A stretch of DNA of 64,000 bases from Euryarchaeota archaeon UBA251 (GTDB lineage: Archaea; Thermoplasmatota; Poseidoniia; Poseidoniales; Thalassarchaeaceae), in NCBI GenBank assembly GCA_002497905.1, contig DAFJ01000085.1, positions 15,993 through 79,992 on the forward strand, given 5' to 3'. The notes beneath the pieces were generated by a model that was not told the DNA's origin, searched no databases, and saw only the letters and a program-made list of their open reading frames with translations. Position numbers and translations under genes: made by a program. Shown here piece by piece: positions 59,238 to 64,000 of the stretch (within the stretch, counting starts at the first letter, position 1; each line of letters starts with the position of its first letter).

Positions 59238-60368
59238 TCAAGACAACCAGGCCTTAAGCCGGGTAATCCCTTCTCGGATATCTGCCTCATCGGTTGCATA
59301 TGAAACCCGAACAAAGCCTTCACCGCCCTCGATTAATGAGCCAGGGATGAGTTGAACGCGGGCTTCATCAAGAGCACGATCTGCAAACTCAACCGACGTC
59401 ATGCCTGAACTTGTAATATCGATGAAGGCATAGAAGGCCCCTTCTGGTTCTACAAGTTCCATACCCGGAATTGATGCGATACCTTCCATCAGGATGTTAC
59501 GTCGCCGGTTGTACTGTATACAGAACTCATCTACGGCTACATCTTGAGTCAATGCAACAGACGCCGCTGGCATCAAGAAAGTAGGAACATGTGAATTTGC
59601 ATTGGCCTGACATGCGAAGGCTGCTTTCATCGCCTCCTTGGGCCCAGTAAGGACGCCAAGACGCCAACCTGTCATTGCGAATGACTTCGAGAAGCCAGTG
59701 ACAACCATTGTTCGCTCTGCTCCACCAGGGATACTCGCTGGAGATATGTGAGGCCATTCTACCCAGAGAAGACGAGCGTAGATCTCGTCACTGATTATCC
59801 AAAGATCATGTTCCACTGCAAGGGCGACAATTGCCTGAATCTCCTCTGGTGTGTAAACCGCTCCAGTCGGATTATTGGGAGAGTTCAGCAAGATTGCTTT
59901 GGTCTTGTCCGTGATAGAGGCGCGCATCGACTCTATAATCGGGTGAAAGAGATCGTTAGTCTCAGTGAAAACGATGTTAATTCCTAAAAGGGCGGTTTGA
60001 CCCTCATAGGTTGGCCAAGCTGGAGCAGGCACAAGTAACTCATCGCCAGCTTCCATAGTGACCATCATGGCATACAACAGAGCTTGCTTGGCTCCAGGTG
60101 TGACCATCACTGTCTCTGGTGTAGTTTCAAGGTCCCACATACGATTCAATTGTTCTGAAATTTGGGTACACAAATCCATCGAACCCGGACCACGCGTGTA
60201 CTTTGTCTGGCCCGCTTCAAGTGCCTCAATCGCAGCATCAACAACTGGTCGAGGTGTGTCAAATCCAGGTTCCCCGACAGTCCAACGAATGACGTCTTCA
60301 GAGGGCTTGACCAGATACGGCGTGAACCCAATGGCGAGATTTGAGAACCGCTCCGGTACCTCGGGCAT
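59238..60368 (-). CDS. Class I/II PLP-dependent aminotransferase (aspartate aminotransferase-like)
   Basis: GEPGFDT, GAKQAL, NSPNNPTG, SDEIY, GFSKSFAMTGWRLG, PEGAFY. Start at ATG 60368. Confidence 0.93.
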   Translation of the reverse strand: MPEVPERFSNLAIGFTPYLVKPSEDVIRWTVGEPGFDTPRPVVDAAIEALEAGQTKYTRGPGSMDLCTQISEQLNRMWDLETTPETVMVTPGAKQALLYAMMVTMEAGDELLVPAPAWPTYEGQTALLGINIVFTETNDLFHPIIESMRASITDKTKAILLNSPNNPTGAVYTPEEIQAIVALAVEHDLWIISDEIYARLLWVEWPHISPASIPGGAERTMVVTGFSKSFAMTGWRLGVLTGPKEAMKAAFACQANANSHVPTFLMPAASVALTQDVAVDEFCIQYNRRRNILMEGIASIPGMELVEPEGAFYAFIDITSSGMTSVEFADRALDEARVQLIPGSLIEGGEGFVRVSYATDEADIREGITRLKAWLS

Positions 60369-60477
60369 GACGCCCGGAGTCGCGTCCTGCTTATGTCTTT
60401 GATGTGAGAATTCGTGCTTATACCTCAAGCGAAACCTTGACCCATCTTCTCGGACCCCATGTAATTGAGGAGAGCAC

Positions 60478-60867
60478 ATGTCCGACATTCCTGAAGATCT
60501 GAAGTACACAAAAGAACACGAATGGGTGAGAGTCGATGGAGACGAAGTCGTCATCGGTATCACTGATTTTGCTCAGAATGCTCTCACAGATGTTGTGTGG
60601 GTCGAGATGGACCCGGATATGGAAGGCTCAACAGTCGCAGAAATGGAGGCTTTCTGTAGTGTGGAATCTGTAAAATCTGTGAGTGAGATTTACGCACCTA
60701 TTGCTGGAACGATTTCGGCACTAAATCTGGATCTCGAAGATGCCCCTGAAACAATCAATCAATCCCCTTACGAAGATGGGTGGATTGCACGTTTCCGTCC
60801 AAACAATATGGCAGATGTCGAAGGTCTCCTTGACGCAGCTGGTTACGCTGCTGTCATCGGAGAGTGA
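60478..60867 (+). CDS. gcvH: Glycine cleavage system H protein
   Basis: YTKEHEW, GITDFAQ, VESVKSVS lipoyl-Lys, NQSPYEDGW; GAGGAG SD. Confidence 0.96.
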   Translation: MSDIPEDLKYTKEHEWVRVDGDEVVIGITDFAQNALTDVVWVEMDPDMEGSTVAEMEAFCSVESVKSVSEIYAPIAGTISALNLDLEDAPETINQSPYEDGWIARFRPNNMADVEGLLDAAGYAAVIGE

Positions 60868-61415
60868 GTTCTGCTGTGGCCGATACCCCCCCGGTTTCAA
60901 TCTACATTGATGGATCATGTATAGAGAATCGGAACGTGACTGCGGACACTGCTGCCGGTTGGGGTTTTGTCGTCGTAATAGGTGACCGGGGTGTAGGCCG
61001 CGGGACAGGTGACCTAATGCACGAATCTTCAGGTCCAGTGATTACTAATCCAAACTCGGATGAATGGTTAGGGGCAGAGGTTGGATCAAACAACACCGGG
61101 GAACTATCTGCGATGGTTCATGCCCTTCGATGGATTCTCGTTAATTGTCCAAAGGGTGAAGTCACCATCCGTGCAGATTCAATGTATGCACTTCGGATTA
61201 CTGACGGATCTTGGTCAGCAAAGGCAAACAAGAAACTGGCTCTCCTCTCTCAAGAACTATGGAAAGAAGTTGCACAAGTTGTAGATTTACACAATGCTCA
61301 TGTCAAAGCACATTCGGGACATCGCTGGAATGAACGAGCAGATCATCTTGCTTACCGCGGTCAAGGAGATGATGAACCTATTCCTCTGCAATTCTGGCGC
61401 CCAGGCCAGCGATAA
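60864..61415 (+). CDS. rnhA: Ribonuclease HI
   Basis: IYIDGSC, SNNTGELSA, ADSMYA, HVKAHSGHRWNERADHLA. Confidence 0.9.
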   Translation: MSSAVADTPPVSIYIDGSCIENRNVTADTAAGWGFVVVIGDRGVGRGTGDLMHESSGPVITNPNSDEWLGAEVGSNNTGELSAMVHALRWILVNCPKGEVTIRADSMYALRITDGSWSAKANKKLALLSQELWKEVAQVVDLHNAHVKAHSGHRWNERADHLAYRGQGDDEPIPLQFWRPGQR

Positions 61416-61426
61416 GCAGTTTAATT

Positions 61427-64000
61427 CTAGGATGATTTTTCATCTTCCTTGTCTTCTTCATCGCTATCTTTAATCAAGAAAATCATCGTGTAAAGAGCAA
61501 TCAAAATCAGAATCAATAAGGGCATCAGGAACCAAAGGAAGAGGTTGCCTGGGGCAGGTTCTTGGTCACCCGTACCTTCAAGCAAACAAGTTGCCAAATC
61601 ATTACTCCGTGGAATTATTGTGCTATTATCTGGATCTGATTTGCACGACTCTTCAAAGTCGTCTTCGTAACCATCCCCATCCGTATCTGTGATTGGTTTT
61701 GGAATTGGGGTATTGTTCCCGATAGAAATCGCGTTGGGATCGATCACCTCAATGGTTAGCAGAATGGTAGCTGTTTGACCTGTATCAAGATCTGTTGCTG
61801 TGACTGTGAAGATTCTAGCATCGATAGCCTCGGTCGGGGCACCTTGGATTGTTCCCTTGTCAAGAACCAAAACACCATTCTGGATTAGACGATTGAACTC
61901 TAACCCATCCGGTAATTCGGGTTCTACCGTCCAAGTCTCAACCGTTTGATTGTAAACAGTTGGAATCATTGCAACAACAGATTCGTCGACTGTGAGGTTT
62001 AGCGTAACTTCTGGATATACCACCTCAAGGACGGCAATGCATGATCCATCATCTTCTGTAGCGGCCGCATTATGATTGAAGGCGTCTGGATCTGTACAAC
62101 CGAAGACCTCGTCGATATCTGGAACTCCGTCTCCATCCGTATCTGTGTAAACGCAGGAATCATCATCCTCAATCGCGATTGGGTCATAATTCTCGGCTAG
62201 AGAATCTGTACAGCCCAATGAAGGAAGGACGGTGATGTTCACTGTCGAAACGGATGAACCGCCAGAATTCGTTGCTGTAACCGTGAATGTCATGCGCTCA
62301 TGTGTGGTATCTGGGATGCCCCAAATTGTGCCATTTGTATCTGAGAATTGTAGACCATTGTCTAATTCAGGGCTCACACTGAATCCAATAACGTCTCCAC
62401 CACTAGAGATTGCCTCGATACTAACCTCTGTAACGTTCGCATACAATACAAACTCCTCTTCGACATACTCGATAATCGGCGGTTCATCCACAACCTCGAT
62501 TGTAAAGGATACAGATTGTGAGCCGCCACTATTGTTCGCCCAAATTGTGTATGTCTGTTCCTCGGATAGCACCGTCGGTATACCTGAAATTGATCCAGTC
62601 TCCTCATTGAAAGTTAGACCCAGAGGTAATTCTGGATGGAGGCCCCATTCGACAACTTCGCCACCGACAATCGTAATGGTAAACGGCGCCATCACCTCAT
62701 CGATAGTAAGAGTAATCTCAGTGGTTGTGATTGAAGGCGTTGCAGGCACATCGACGATTGTTATTGTGAGTGTTTGTGTCACTGAACCACCTGTGTTGTT
62801 TGCCCAGATTGTATAGGACTCTGTGGATTGTGGGGTCGTTGGAGTACCGCTAATCTCACCTGTAACTGAATCCATACTCAGTCCATCTGGTAATGTGGGC
62901 TCAATCTCCCAAGACACTACTTCGCCACCATCGCTTGATGGAAGTAGAGGAGACATCGCTTGACCAACGGTCAATGAAAGCGAATTGGAAGGGAGGGTAA
63001 CATCTGGATTCTCTGCAATAACTGTGAGATCGAAAGTAAACTCAACCGAACCGCCCGAATTATTGGCCCAAACTGTGTACGTTTGCACCGGCCAGAGTTC
63101 GGTTGGTGTTCCGGATATGATACCGGTGTTCGAATCAAGGTTCACGCCCGAGGGTAGAGTTCCATTGACCTCCCAACTAGTAATCTCACCTGGTCCGGCG
63201 ATAGATGGGGTTTCAGGAGTCATTACTGTGTTATTTGTGAGAATAATTGACCCGCCATCATACACAATATTGGTTGGTACTTGGTCAATTACAGCCAATG
63301 TCAAACTGAACGTTCTGTAACCTCCGCTATTATTCGCCCAAATTGTGTAGGTAGTAGCGGGCCAAAGCTCTACAGGAGTTCCATTCAGAGATCCATTGGA
63401 TGAACTGAAAACAAGACCATTTGGTAATGCTCCACTAATTTGCCAAGTTAGAATCTCGCCGGCTCCTGTAAGAGTTGGATTCAGTGGTAAACGAGAATCT
63501 GCAGTATTATTCGTCAACACCAATGAGGTGTGATCGTAGTTGATAGTTGGCAATTGATCAACGACGCTTAGGTGAATCTGTATCGAGATTGATCCACCTG
63601 TATTGTTTGCCCAGATTGTATAATTCGTCATGGTCCACAGTTCAGTCGGTGTACCCCAGATCGTTCCGTTGTTGGAGCCAAATTCGACTCCTGTCGGCAG
63701 GATTCCATCAATCTCCCAAGTTAGAATCTCACCAGGTCCTATGAGAGTGGCTTCTTCGGGAATCATCGCTGTGTTATTGGTAAGAACAATGCTACTGTTC
63801 AGGAACGTTAGGCTTGTTGGCACCTGATCGTTGACTGTAATATTCAGAGTTGCGAATACGGAACCACCACTGTTGTTCGCCCAAATCGTATACTGCGCTG
63901 TAGGCATCAATTCAGTTGGTGTACCCCATATGGTCTGATTCGAAGAAGTCCATGTGAGTCCAGATGGCAACGTGCCCTCCAACTCCCACGTTACGATTTC
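61427..64000 (-). CDS. Large cell-surface protein with putative Ig (He_PIG/cadherin-like) repeats, C-terminal membrane anchor (5'-truncated)
   Basis: Frame open to the window end. About 8 repeats of LPxGL...ISGTPT...YTIWANNSGG, two GCTD..A.N repeats, DxDGDG motifs and a C-terminal TM helix. Confidence 0.9.
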   Translation of the reverse strand, partial: EIVTWELEGTLPSGLTWTSSNQTIWGTPTELMPTAQYTIWANNSGGSVFATLNITVNDQVPTSLTFLNSSIVLTNNTAMIPEEATLIGPGEILTWEIDGILPTGVEFGSNNGTIWGTPTELWTMTNYTIWANNTGGSISIQIHLSVVDQLPTINYDHTSLVLTNNTADSRLPLNPTLTGAGEILTWQISGALPNGLVFSSSNGSLNGTPVELWPATTYTIWANNSGGYRTFSLTLAVIDQVPTNIVYDGGSIILTNNTVMTPETPSIAGPGEITSWEVNGTLPSGVNLDSNTGIISGTPTELWPVQTYTVWANNSGGSVEFTFDLTVIAENPDVTLPSNSLSLTVGQAMSPLLPSSDGGEVVSWEIEPTLPDGLSMDSVTGEISGTPTTPQSTESYTIWANNTGGSVTQTLTITIVDVPATPSITTTEITLTIDEVMAPFTITIVGGEVVEWGLHPELPLGLTFNEETGSISGIPTVLSEEQTYTIWANNSGGSQSVSFTIEVVDEPPIIEYVEEEFVLYANVTEVSIEAISSGGDVIGFSVSPELDNGLQFSDTNGTIWGIPDTTHERMTFTVTATNSGGSSVSTVNITVLPSLGCTDSLAENYDPIAIEDDDSCVYTDTDGDGVPDIDEVFGCTDPDAFNHNAAATEDDGSCIAVLEVVYPEVTLNLTVDESVVAMIPTVYNQTVETWTVEPELPDGLEFNRLIQNGVLVLDKGTIQGAPTEAIDARIFTVTATDLDTGQTATILLTIEVIDPNAISIGNNTPIPKPITDTDGDGYEDDFEESCKSDPDNSTIIPRSNDLATCLLEGTGDQEPAPGNLFLWFLMPLLILILIALYTMIFLIKDSDEEDKEDEKSS

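Overview
A gene-dense archaeal core-genome segment. Gene content and style point to Marine Group II Euryarchaeota (Ca. Poseidoniales, Thermoplasmatota); this is an inference. Archaeal markers include PolD DP2, PriL, Rpo3 with the rps13-rps4-rps11 operon, Pcc1, pantoate kinase, phosphopantothenate synthetase and MptE. They are mixed with bacterial-type enzymes (LeuRS core, ATP-PEPCK, FumC, MutY, RNase HI, a small type IB topoisomerase) and MGII-style acidic surface proteins (an SGNH hydrolase with TSP3 repeats, an Ig-repeat protein, a beta-propeller, a CocE/NonD lipoprotein). There are about 56 CDS and one tRNA-Cys(GCA). No CRISPR, IS, integrase or prophage genes are visible. The standout is the only long intergenic gap (25663-26334). 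It holds a ~430-450 nt, purine-rich, heavily structured minus-strand element with its own BRE/TATA promoter, many GNRA/UNCG hairpins and a long-range closing helix. It lacks RNase P and SRP signatures and is a candidate novel large non-coding RNA. Also notable: a three-hairpin leader ahead of rps13 (candidate r-leader), a recurrent non-canonical TTCAW promoter box ~30 nt before start codons, and convergent genes that abut at an identical TAATCA/TGATTA hexamer. All calls come from reading the sequence and ORF track; no database searches were run.
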